Under the pieces are notes generated by a model. That model saw only the letters and a program-made list of their open reading frames with translations, made no database searches and was not told the origin of the DNA. The translations under genes were made by a program, and so were the position numbers. 44,091 nucleotides of DNA, taken from positions 1 through 44,091 of the forward strand of contig JBPCPB010000284.1 of the NCBI GenBank assembly GCA_050999735.1, in the 5' to 3' direction. This DNA is from Thermomicrobiales bacterium (GTDB lineage: Bacteria > Chloroflexota > Chloroflexia > Thermomicrobiales > JALYUS01). Shown piece after piece: positions 36,318-43,892 of this stretch (position 1 is its first letter; every line of letters begins with the position of its first letter).

Positions 36318-36620
36318 TCAGATCACGAGCCACGTACGAACCGCACTCTTCTGCCAGGCACCTACCGCAACATCGGTGGCTCCGTTGCGCGCCTTGGCGA
36401 CGAGCGGCTGTCGAGCCTCATCGGGTTCGCGATACAGATCGCGAATGAATGCGATCTCCATACAATTCGGCGGGATCACGAGAGTGAAGCAATATGCTAC
36501 GACGATCAAGATCGTTGGTGCTTCCAAGTGTGTCTTTGTCATTTCGCGCGGTGCTGGGCCGAAGGGTAAAGATCCTTTGAGCCCATTCGTGTCCATCTTT
36601 ATTGCGTCTCCAGCACCCAC
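36318..36620 (-). CDS. Hypothetical small protein (100 aa), function unknown
   Basis: GTG start 17 nt after the Rieske1 stop, preceded by GAGGAAGG. Its stop lies 25 nt before the GH78 start. No recognisable motif, and local GC is lower than the surroundings. Confidence 0.35.
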   Translation of the reverse strand: MGAGDAIKMDTNGLKGSLPFGPAPREMTKTHLEAPTILIVVAYCFTLVIPPNCMEIAFIRDLYREPDEARQPLVAKARNGATDVAVGAWQKSAVRTWLVI

Positions 36621-36637
36621 TCAGTCACCTTCCTCGG

Positions 36638-37087
36638 TCACGTAGCAAACCCGATCACCACGTTGTGCCGTTCTACGGAGACGTCGTACATCTCGGCGAC
36701 GTATGGGCCCTGCTCCAAACCGTGAAGCGGGGGCGGCGTCCCGATCGTGCAGAGGCTCGGTTCGAGAGAGATTTCATAGCGCCGGACACGGACCCGCCTT
36801 GGGTCGAACCATGATTGGCCCGTTCGGATATCGAATTCCCAGCCATGCCAGGGGCAGCGGAGGATCTCGCTCTGACGGCTGTAGGCGTACTCACCCGGGA
36901 CTTTAGAATGAACAAACCCTGATAGGCGCCCTGTGCAGAGTGGTCCGCCCTGATGCGGGCAGCGGTTGCGGAGGGCGAAGAATTCTCCGTTGACGTTGAA
37001 GACGCCGATGGAGCGCCCCGCGACCTCGACAATCTTGCGCTGTCCCGGTGGAATTTCATCCACGGTTGCAACGATGTATTTCACCAC
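36638..37087 (-). CDS. Small Rieske [2Fe-2S] domain protein (paralog 1)
   Basis: Contains CPHQGGPL and CPWHGWEF boxes. The start is set at GTG 37087 or 37084, after a GGAGA RBS, by analogy with the paralog N-termini (KYIVATVDEIPPG). The tracked ORF to 37252 overlaps AH1. Confidence 0.85.
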   Translation of the reverse strand: MVKYIVATVDEIPPGQRKIVEVAGRSIGVFNVNGEFFALRNRCPHQGGPLCTGRLSGFVHSKVPGEYAYSRQSEILRCPWHGWEFDIRTGQSWFDPRRVRVRRYEISLEPSLCTIGTPPPLHGLEQGPYVAEMYDVSVERHNVVIGFAT

Positions 37088-37148
37088 GATGTCTCCATGG
37101 AGGTGCAGCGAGTAGACCGGTTCGTCCAGGTAGAGCGACTGCGCATGG

Positions 37149-38249
37149 TTACAACGCGGAGTTAAATCGGTAGAGCGCATGTGCGTTGCCCGACATGATC
37201 TTCGCGGTCCGCTCTGGCGGGAGCTTGACCGGAAGTGCCTGATCGGGGGCATCGAAGTCCCAGTGCGGATAGTCGGTCGCGAACATCAGGTGGTCGTCCA
37301 TATCCATCTGTTCGAGAAGTTCATGGAAGTATTCCGGCTTTCCTGGCTCCTCCATCGGTTGGGTCGTCGTCCAGAAGTGTTCACGGATGTACTCGGAGGG
37401 GAGCCGTTTCAGGTGCGGCACTTCCTCGCGTAACCGCTTCACACTCGTATCTAGACGCCACATGAGCGGTGGCAACCAGGCGAGACCGCCCTCGATAAGC
37501 ACCACCTTCAGCGTTGGGAATGCCTCGAAGACCCCCTCGCACACGTAGCTGATCACCTGCGACTGGAACGCCTGTGCCATCCCGGTGTGATCCTCGATAT
37601 AGTATGAGGGCCATCCCGCTCCGGTCGTGGGGTTCCCCGCGACGCCGCCCCCAAAATGGATGCCGATGGGCAGGTTGTGACGGGAAGCCGCCTCGTACAT
37701 CTTCCAGTATTTGCGTCGTCCGAGCGGCTCGCTTGTCCGCACGACGAGGATTACCTGCACGAAGCGCGGATCGGCGGCGCGCTGCTCGATTTCCGCTGCC
37801 GCCATCTCCGCATTCTCGCCGTGCACGACGATCGAGGCGCGCAGGCGCGGCTCCGGGTCGAGCCACCCCGCGACTTGCCAATCGTTGATCGCGTGAGAGA
37901 GAGCGAACCCATAATCCGGATTCGTCTCCCGGATTGGCGTCGTATTATTGAGCACGCCGTACGAGATATCCCACGCATCGAGCAGTTGCTCGCGGAGGAA
38001 GGACAAATCGGACCCTGGTGGCCGACCGGACGGTGGCCAGGAGTCCGTACGCGCCGCGTTCGGATTCGCTTTCGGATACGCGCCGCCCGCGAAACCGCGG
38101 CGTCCGAATCGCTCGTAGTGCGCGCGCCAACGCTCTGGAAGGAACGGGATCAGCGCTTGCGGTGAGGGGAGGGTGTTGTGGATGTCGCAATCGACGATCT
38201 GCACTTTCGTGCGGCTGTGTCGCTCGGATTTCATAGCGGTGACGGCCAT
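37149..38249 (-). CDS. Amidohydrolase_2-family protein, type A paralog (AH1)
   Basis: AAGGAG RBS 6 nt before ATG 38249. N-terminal IVDCDIHN, then NDWQVAGWL, GWPSYYIEDH and C-terminal FATDYPHWDF. Confidence 0.85.
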   Translation of the reverse strand: MAVTAMKSERHSRTKVQIVDCDIHNTLPSPQALIPFLPERWRAHYERFGRRGFAGGAYPKANPNAARTDSWPPSGRPPGSDLSFLREQLLDAWDISYGVLNNTTPIRETNPDYGFALSHAINDWQVAGWLDPEPRLRASIVVHGENAEMAAAEIEQRAADPRFVQVILVVRTSEPLGRRKYWKMYEAASRHNLPIGIHFGGGVAGNPTTGAGWPSYYIEDHTGMAQAFQSQVISYVCEGVFEAFPTLKVVLIEGGLAWLPPLMWRLDTSVKRLREEVPHLKRLPSEYIREHFWTTTQPMEEPGKPEYFHELLEQMDMDDHLMFATDYPHWDFDAPDQALPVKLPPERTAKIMSGNAHALYRFNSAL

Positions 38250-38277
38250 TGGATACTCCTTTTCGTCTATTCGGGGA

Positions 38278-39342
38278 TCAGAGGCGATAAAACGCATGGG
38301 CGTTGCCATACAAGACTTTGTCCATCACTTCCGTCGGCCACACGACCGGCGGGGACGCCTCCTCAGGCGTGTCGAAGTGCCAGTGCGGGTAATCGGTCGA
38401 GAACATCAGCAGGTCATCAGATTCGAGTTGACCGACGATCTGCCGCATCTGACGGTCGGTGTTCGGCGCGTCAAGCGGTTGTGTGGTAATACGGACGTGC
38501 TCATGGATATACTCCGACGGGAGCCGACGCACCCATGGTACTTCGCGTCGCAGCCCTTTCCACTCCTTATCCAAGCGCCACGCGAAGGACGGAAGCCAGG
38601 TGAATCCGCTCTCGATCAGCGCGACATGCAGCGTGGGAAACTGGTCAAAAACTCCCTCACAGATGAGACTCATCAGCTGTGATTGGAAGACCGTGGCCAT
38701 GCCTACATATTCCTCGATGTAATATGAGGGCCAACCGACCGCAGTCGGGGGATTGCCCGGCGCGCCGCCGAAGTGGATACCGACGACGAGGTCGTGGCGC
38801 ACGGCCGCATCGAAGATGGGATGGAAGCGCCGGTTGCCATAGGGGGCCGCCGATCGTGCGGGCAGGAGTACCTGCACGAACCCCGGATGGTTACCGAGTC
38901 GCTCGATCTCCCGCGCGGCCATCTCGGGGTGCTGGCTCGGCACCACGAGTGAGGCGCGTAGGCGCGACTCCTGCTCCAACCATTCCGCGATCTGCCAATC
39001 GTTGACGGCGCTAGCGAGGGCGGCGGCGGCGTCAGGATTATGCACGCTCTCCACGGCGTACGCACAAGTGAGGATTCCGTATTCCACCCCCCACGCGTCG
39101 AGCACCTGTGTACGCATCAGTCCGAGATCCGACCCTGCTGGAGCACCATCGGCGGGCTTCGTGTCGGGTCGGGCAGTGATCGACGCGCTCTGCGGATACC
39201 AACTCTCCTCAGGGCCTTTGAAACCGGATTGGCTGATGTACTCGCGCCAAAAGTCGGACAGATAGGGAAAGAGCGCCTGCACAGCCGGCACGGTGTTGTG
39301 GATATCACTGTCGATCACGGCTCGCCCGGTCCAAAATCCCAT
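38278..39342 (-). CDS. Amidohydrolase_2-family protein, type B paralog (AH2)
   Basis: AGGAG RBS 7 nt before ATG 39342. Blocks VIDSDIHN, NDWQIAEWL, GWPSYYIEEY and FSTDYPHWHF. Confidence 0.85.
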   Translation of the reverse strand: MGFWTGRAVIDSDIHNTVPAVQALFPYLSDFWREYISQSGFKGPEESWYPQSASITARPDTKPADGAPAGSDLGLMRTQVLDAWGVEYGILTCAYAVESVHNPDAAAALASAVNDWQIAEWLEQESRLRASLVVPSQHPEMAAREIERLGNHPGFVQVLLPARSAAPYGNRRFHPIFDAAVRHDLVVGIHFGGAPGNPPTAVGWPSYYIEEYVGMATVFQSQLMSLICEGVFDQFPTLHVALIESGFTWLPSFAWRLDKEWKGLRREVPWVRRLPSEYIHEHVRITTQPLDAPNTDRQMRQIVGQLESDDLLMFSTDYPHWHFDTPEEASPPVVWPTEVMDKVLYGNAHAFYRL

Positions 39343-39386
39343 TGACATGCTCCTACACAATGCCGTTGACAGCCAGTTTCCACTAC

Positions 39387-39836
39387 TCAGGGGGCAACCT
39401 CGATTACGAGATACTGTCCTTCCGCCATGACCGGATACGTCTCAGCGACGTATGGCCCCGGCACCTTGCCGACGATGGGTGGGTCGGCGGTAGTCAGAGC
39501 ATCGCCCGGCTCGACGCTGACATTGTACCGGCGCACGCGCAGACGCTCGGGATCGCACCACGACTGCCCGGTGCGGATGTCGAACTCCCAGCCGTGCCAC
39601 GCGCAGGTGAGAATTTCGCCCGCGCGGGTGTATTCCAGTTCACCCGGCGCTTGCGCCTGGAGCATGCCCCAAATCTTGCCCTCGCACAGCGGCCCGCCCT
39701 GATGCGGGCAGCGATTGCGCAGCGCGAAGAACTCGCCATTCACATTGAAGATACCGATGGAGCGCCCGGCGACCGTGACGATCTTCCGCCCGCCTGGCGG
39801 GATTTCGTCCACTGCCGCCACGATGTAGCGCACCAT
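39387..39836 (-). CDS. Small Rieske [2Fe-2S] domain protein (paralog 2)
   Basis: Boxes CPHQGGPL and CAWHGWEF. ATG 39836 is preceded by GAGGG. An alternative ATG at 39848 overlaps the AH3 stop as ATGA. Confidence 0.85.
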   Translation of the reverse strand: MVRYIVAAVDEIPPGGRKIVTVAGRSIGIFNVNGEFFALRNRCPHQGGPLCEGKIWGMLQAQAPGELEYTRAGEILTCAWHGWEFDIRTGQSWCDPERLRVRRYNVSVEPGDALTTADPPIVGKVPGPYVAETYPVMAEGQYLVIEVAP

Positions 39837-39844
39837 TGTTGCCC

Positions 39845-40939
39845 TCATTCCACGACATCGGACAGCCGGTACAGTTCTCGCGCATTTTCATAGTAGATCT
39901 TCCGGCGCACATCGTCTGGGAGGCGGGCCGGAATCGCGGTGTCGGGCGCGTCCCAGTCCCAGTGGGCGTAGTCACTGGCGAAGATCAAATGGTCCGTGCC
40001 GACCTGCTCCATCAGCCAGAGCAAGTCCTCCGGCTGATGCGGCTCCTCGACGGGCTGCGTGCAGAACCAGACGTGATCGCGGATGTATTCGGACGGGCGG
40101 CGCGTGAGGTGCGGCGTCTCGTCGCGCAACAGTTGGTACGTGTTGTCCAGCCGCCAGAGCAAGGAGGGAACCCAGGCGAAGCCATTCTCCGCCGAGACGA
40201 CCCGTAGCGTCGGGAAGCGCTCGAAGACACCCTCGACCACGAGGCTGATGAGATTGGCCTGCATCGATTGGGCTGGCCCGATGTGGTCCTCAATGTAAAA
40301 CGACGGCCAGCCGCAGCCGGTGATCGGCTGCCCGCCGGAACCGAAGGCATGCGACATCACGACGAGGCCATGCGCGGCGCATGCTTCGTAGATCGGCCAG
40401 TACTTGCGGCGGCCCATCGGCTCGCGCGGGCGGCCGGTGAACTGCACTTGAACGAAGCGCGGATCGCGGGCACGCCGTTCGATCTCCGCTACTGCGAGAT
40501 CGGCGTGCTCGAAGGGAAGGATAACCGAGGCACGCAGGCGTGGCTCCTTGTCGAGCCATTCCGCGACTTGCCAGTCGTTCACGGCGGTTCCCAAGGCCGC
40601 GCCAAACTCGGGATTGAGTTGGGATCCGACTCCCGTCAGAGGATTGAGAATCCCGTAGGCGACGTTCCACTCGTCGAGCAATTGTACCGCAGTGAAGGCA
40701 CAGTCCGAGCCAGCCGCGCGACCCGACGGCGGGAAGGAATCATTGCGCCGATTCATGAAGCGCGGGTAAATCCCTCCAGATGGAGTACGCATCCCGTAGG
40801 TCTTGAGATGCTCCGACCAGCGCGCCGACAGAAACGGGTAGAGGTCCTTCTCGGAGTCGAGTTCGTTGTGGATGTCGCAATCAATGATCGCTGGTTTCGT
40901 CCGACTCTTGTGTGTGGCGCGCTCCAATGTCGTGGCCAT
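39845..40939 (-). CDS. Amidohydrolase_2-family protein, type A paralog (AH3)
   Basis: GGAGGAG RBS before ATG 40939. Blocks IIDCDIHN, NDWQVAEWL, GWPSFYIEDH and FASDYAHWDW. Confidence 0.85.
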   Translation of the reverse strand: MATTLERATHKSRTKPAIIDCDIHNELDSEKDLYPFLSARWSEHLKTYGMRTPSGGIYPRFMNRRNDSFPPSGRAAGSDCAFTAVQLLDEWNVAYGILNPLTGVGSQLNPEFGAALGTAVNDWQVAEWLDKEPRLRASVILPFEHADLAVAEIERRARDPRFVQVQFTGRPREPMGRRKYWPIYEACAAHGLVVMSHAFGSGGQPITGCGWPSFYIEDHIGPAQSMQANLISLVVEGVFERFPTLRVVSAENGFAWVPSLLWRLDNTYQLLRDETPHLTRRPSEYIRDHVWFCTQPVEEPHQPEDLLWLMEQVGTDHLIFASDYAHWDWDAPDTAIPARLPDDVRRKIYYENARELYRLSDVVE

Positions 40940-40955
40940 GTGTCTCCTCCAGAAC

Positions 40956-42062
40956 TTAATAGGCGTGTGCCGGTGCCGGCGACAGCCCGTACAACTCGCG
41001 GGCATTCTCCCCGGAGATCTTCCGTGCCAGCGCATCGGGCAGGTGCGGCAGCACGGTTTCGAGCGGATCGCTTGTATGCAGATGTGGGTAATCGCTCGCG
41101 AACAGCAGCATGTGATCGCCGTCAATCTGCGCGATTATCCGTTCCATATCCCGCCATTCCCGTGGCGCGTCGAGCGGTTGGATTGTCAGCCGGACATGCT
41201 CACGGATGTACGCGGACGGCGCGCGTTTCACCCATGGTACGAGGCGGCGCAGATTGCGCCACTCCTTGTCGAAGCGCCACATGAATGCCGGTAGCCAGGT
41301 AAAGCCGCTCTCCAGCAAGGCGATGCGCACAGTGGGGAAGAGGTCGAGCACCCCCTCGCTGATGATGCTCGCTAACTGTGACTGGAAGACCTGCGCCATC
41401 CCCGCGTACTCCTCGAAGTAGTACGACGGCCAGCCGGAGGGGAAGGGCGGGTTGCCGGGCGCACCGCCGAAATGGATACCGGCGACGAGATTCCGCTTGG
41501 CAATCGCCTCCCACAGCGGGCGGAAAAGGCGGCTGCCGTACGGGTGCTCCGAGCGCACGGGAAGCAACACCTGGACGAAGCCGGGGTGGTCGCCGACGCG
41601 CGCGATCTCCGCTGCCGCCAGTTCCGGCAGTTGGACGGGCACGACGATGGAGGCGCGCAGGCGCGGCTCCTTGTCGAGCCACTCGGCGATCTGCCAGTCG
41701 TTGACGGCGCGGGCGAAGGCGACCGCCGCTTCGGGGTTGTGCAGGCTGTCAATCGCGTAGAGGCAATTGACGACCGCGATCTCCACACCAAACGGGTCAA
41801 GGAGTTGGGAGCGCAAGAGATCAAGGCTGGAACCGGCCGGGCCATCGGGCGGGACGCTGCCGGGGCGGGCAGCGACGGGCGCGCGTGGCGGGTAATACGT
41901 CGTGCCCGCGCCCTTGAAAACGGACTGGTTAACATGCTCGACCCAGTGCTGGGGCAGATAGGGAAAGAGCGCCTCGACGCGCGGCACGGTGCTATGGACA
42001 TCGCAGTCAATCAGCGCGGTTGACGTGGTTGCCACGCTTACTCCATCTGGTTGTGTCTGCAT
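40956..42062 (-). CDS. Amidohydrolase_2-family protein, type B paralog (AH4)
   Basis: GAGGAGG RBS before ATG 42062. Blocks LIDCDVHS, NDWQIAEWL, GWPSYYFEEY and FASDYPHLH. Confidence 0.85.
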   Translation of the reverse strand: MQTQPDGVSVATTSTALIDCDVHSTVPRVEALFPYLPQHWVEHVNQSVFKGAGTTYYPPRAPVAARPGSVPPDGPAGSSLDLLRSQLLDPFGVEIAVVNCLYAIDSLHNPEAAVAFARAVNDWQIAEWLDKEPRLRASIVVPVQLPELAAAEIARVGDHPGFVQVLLPVRSEHPYGSRLFRPLWEAIAKRNLVAGIHFGGAPGNPPFPSGWPSYYFEEYAGMAQVFQSQLASIISEGVLDLFPTVRIALLESGFTWLPAFMWRFDKEWRNLRRLVPWVKRAPSAYIREHVRLTIQPLDAPREWRDMERIIAQIDGDHMLLFASDYPHLHTSDPLETVLPHLPDALARKISGENARELYGLSPAPAHAY

Positions 42063-42257
42063 CGGCACCTCCTCAGGTGATTGTGCCTCGTGGGTACTCC
42101 CTGACTTGATCTCCGCAAGGACGGCTATCAATCGTGCGAGGCTTATTACGCGGGACTCTCTCAGCGGCCGGTGATGGTCGTTTGGGTATCAGATCAAACC
42201 TCCCAATCCTGCGGCCTGAACTGCGAATACTCCATTGAGCCCAGGCTATGGAATCCA

Positions 42258-42686
42258 TCAGAGCTCCACGTGCAGGATGACCATCTCCCGTTCGATCGAG
42301 ACCGGGAACATCTCGATTGACGGGTCCTCGTCCGCCTCGGCGCACTCGATCGTGACTTCATACCGTTTCACCCGCGTCTTGTGCGGATTGACGATCGAGC
42401 GCCCCGTAAGGATGTCGAACTCCCAGCCGTGCCAAGGGCAGCGGAGAATTTCTCCCTCGCGTTCGATCTCGTAGCGATACGGTGCGGGGCCGACAACGAG
42501 ACCCTTGAGCATGCCTAAACAGAGCGGTGCGCCCTTGTGCGGACAGCGATTCCGCAGCGCGTAGTACCGCCCCGCGACGTTGAAGACACCGATTGAGCGC
42601 CCTTCGACCTCAACGATCTTTCGTCCCCCCGGTGGCAACTCATCCACTGTGCCGACCATGTGCCGCATCATTGCTTTCGCTTTCAC
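42258..42686 (-). CDS. Small Rieske [2Fe-2S] domain protein (paralog 3)
   Basis: Boxes CPHKGAPL and CPWHGWEF. GTG start 7 nt after a GGGAGGA RBS. Confidence 0.85.
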   Translation of the reverse strand: MKAKAMMRHMVGTVDELPPGGRKIVEVEGRSIGVFNVAGRYYALRNRCPHKGAPLCLGMLKGLVVGPAPYRYEIEREGEILRCPWHGWEFDILTGRSIVNPHKTRVKRYEVTIECAEADEDPSIEMFPVSIEREMVILHVEL

Positions 42687-42710
42687 ACATGCATCCTCCC
42701 TTCCCCGTGG

Positions 42711-43838
42711 TTACAGACCAAAGGTTTCACGGGCATTCTCGACAAAGATCCGCTGGCGCAGTTCATCCGGCAGTGTCGTAAAGCTTTGCGCCGGGTCGTC
42801 CCAATCCCAATGCGGGTAGTCACTGGCGAACATCAGCGTGCGGTCGCCGTCCATCCACGAGATCAATTCGGCTAGCGCTTCGGGAGTGTCCGGCTCGTCG
42901 ATTGGTTGGGATGAGAAGCGCACATGTTCGCGCATGTATTCGCTCGGCAACCGCTTGACCCAGGGCGTTTGGTGGCGCAAGCTCTTCCAATCGCCGTCCA
43001 TCTTCCATCGGTAGGCTGGGACCCAGCCGAAGCCGCCCTCGAGCATTGCCACTTTCAGCGTCGAGAACTTCTCGAACACCCCTTCGAAGATGAAACTGGC
43101 GAGATGGGCCTGATAGAACGATGGGCGCGCCTGCCGGATTTCGATGTAATAGCTGGGGAATCCGGCCGCTGTCGGCGGCGGGTTGATCCCCACGCCTTCC
43201 GCGTTGAAGTGCAATGCCACCGTGAGGTTGTGCCGGACGCACGCCTCGTAGATCGGGTGATAAAACCGCTGACCGTATGGCCGCGGCGCGCCGCACGGCA
43301 TCATGACGCCGACCACGCTTGGGTGGGACCCCACCCGGTCAATCTCCTGCGCCGCCCCAGCCGGATCCTGCGTGCAGATCGCAATCGCGACGCGGAAGCG
43401 GTGATCAGCGGTCAGCCAGTGCTCGATCGTGAAATCGTTGAACGCGCGACAAAGCGCGCTCGCGTAGTCGATGTCGTTCAAGGCACTGGCAACGTAGAGT
43501 TGCCCACCGGTCAGGATGGCGAGGTCGATCCTCGCCTCATCGAGCAATTGAGATCGCACTTTGTCGACGTTCAACGCCCGGGTGCCATCGTCGCCGGGGT
43601 CATCGGGATCATAGGCATCGACGCGGCGGCCACGCAATCCGCCGTTATTCGCGTACCCGCCCCCGCCGCCCCCGTAGCCGAAGTCGGCGAGGCGCTCCCG
43701 GTACACCTGGGGAAGATAGGGGTAGAGATCCGATTTGTCGCGATAGCCGTGATGCACGTCTGTGTCAATCACGCTCAAGCGGCGTCGCGCGCGGTCTGGG
43801 GTCTCATGCTTGGTCCGCTGCACGGTTTCTAGTGCCAT
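42711..43838 (-). CDS. Amidohydrolase_2-family protein, divergent paralog (AH5)
   Basis: GAGGAGAG RBS. Blocks VIDTDVHH, NDFTIEHWL, GFPSYYIE and FASDYPHWDW. It has a unique Gly-rich insert, GYGGGGGGYANNGG. Confidence 0.85.
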   Translation of the reverse strand: MALETVQRTKHETPDRARRRLSVIDTDVHHGYRDKSDLYPYLPQVYRERLADFGYGGGGGGYANNGGLRGRRVDAYDPDDPGDDGTRALNVDKVRSQLLDEARIDLAILTGGQLYVASALNDIDYASALCRAFNDFTIEHWLTADHRFRVAIAICTQDPAGAAQEIDRVGSHPSVVGVMMPCGAPRPYGQRFYHPIYEACVRHNLTVALHFNAEGVGINPPPTAAGFPSYYIEIRQARPSFYQAHLASFIFEGVFEKFSTLKVAMLEGGFGWVPAYRWKMDGDWKSLRHQTPWVKRLPSEYMREHVRFSSQPIDEPDTPEALAELISWMDGDRTLMFASDYPHWDWDDPAQSFTTLPDELRQRIFVENARETFGL

Positions 43839-43892
43839 ACTGTCCGCTCTCCTCTCGCCTACTGCATCGCCCGCCGTCTAAGTCGTACCGTT

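Noticed and set aside
36292-36645. Plus-strand 117-aa ORF opposite the small hypothetical gene
   Set aside because: It has no RBS, a Ser/Thr/Ala-rich product, and runs against the direction of every neighbouring gene. The minus-strand ORF has an RBS and operon-like spacing.
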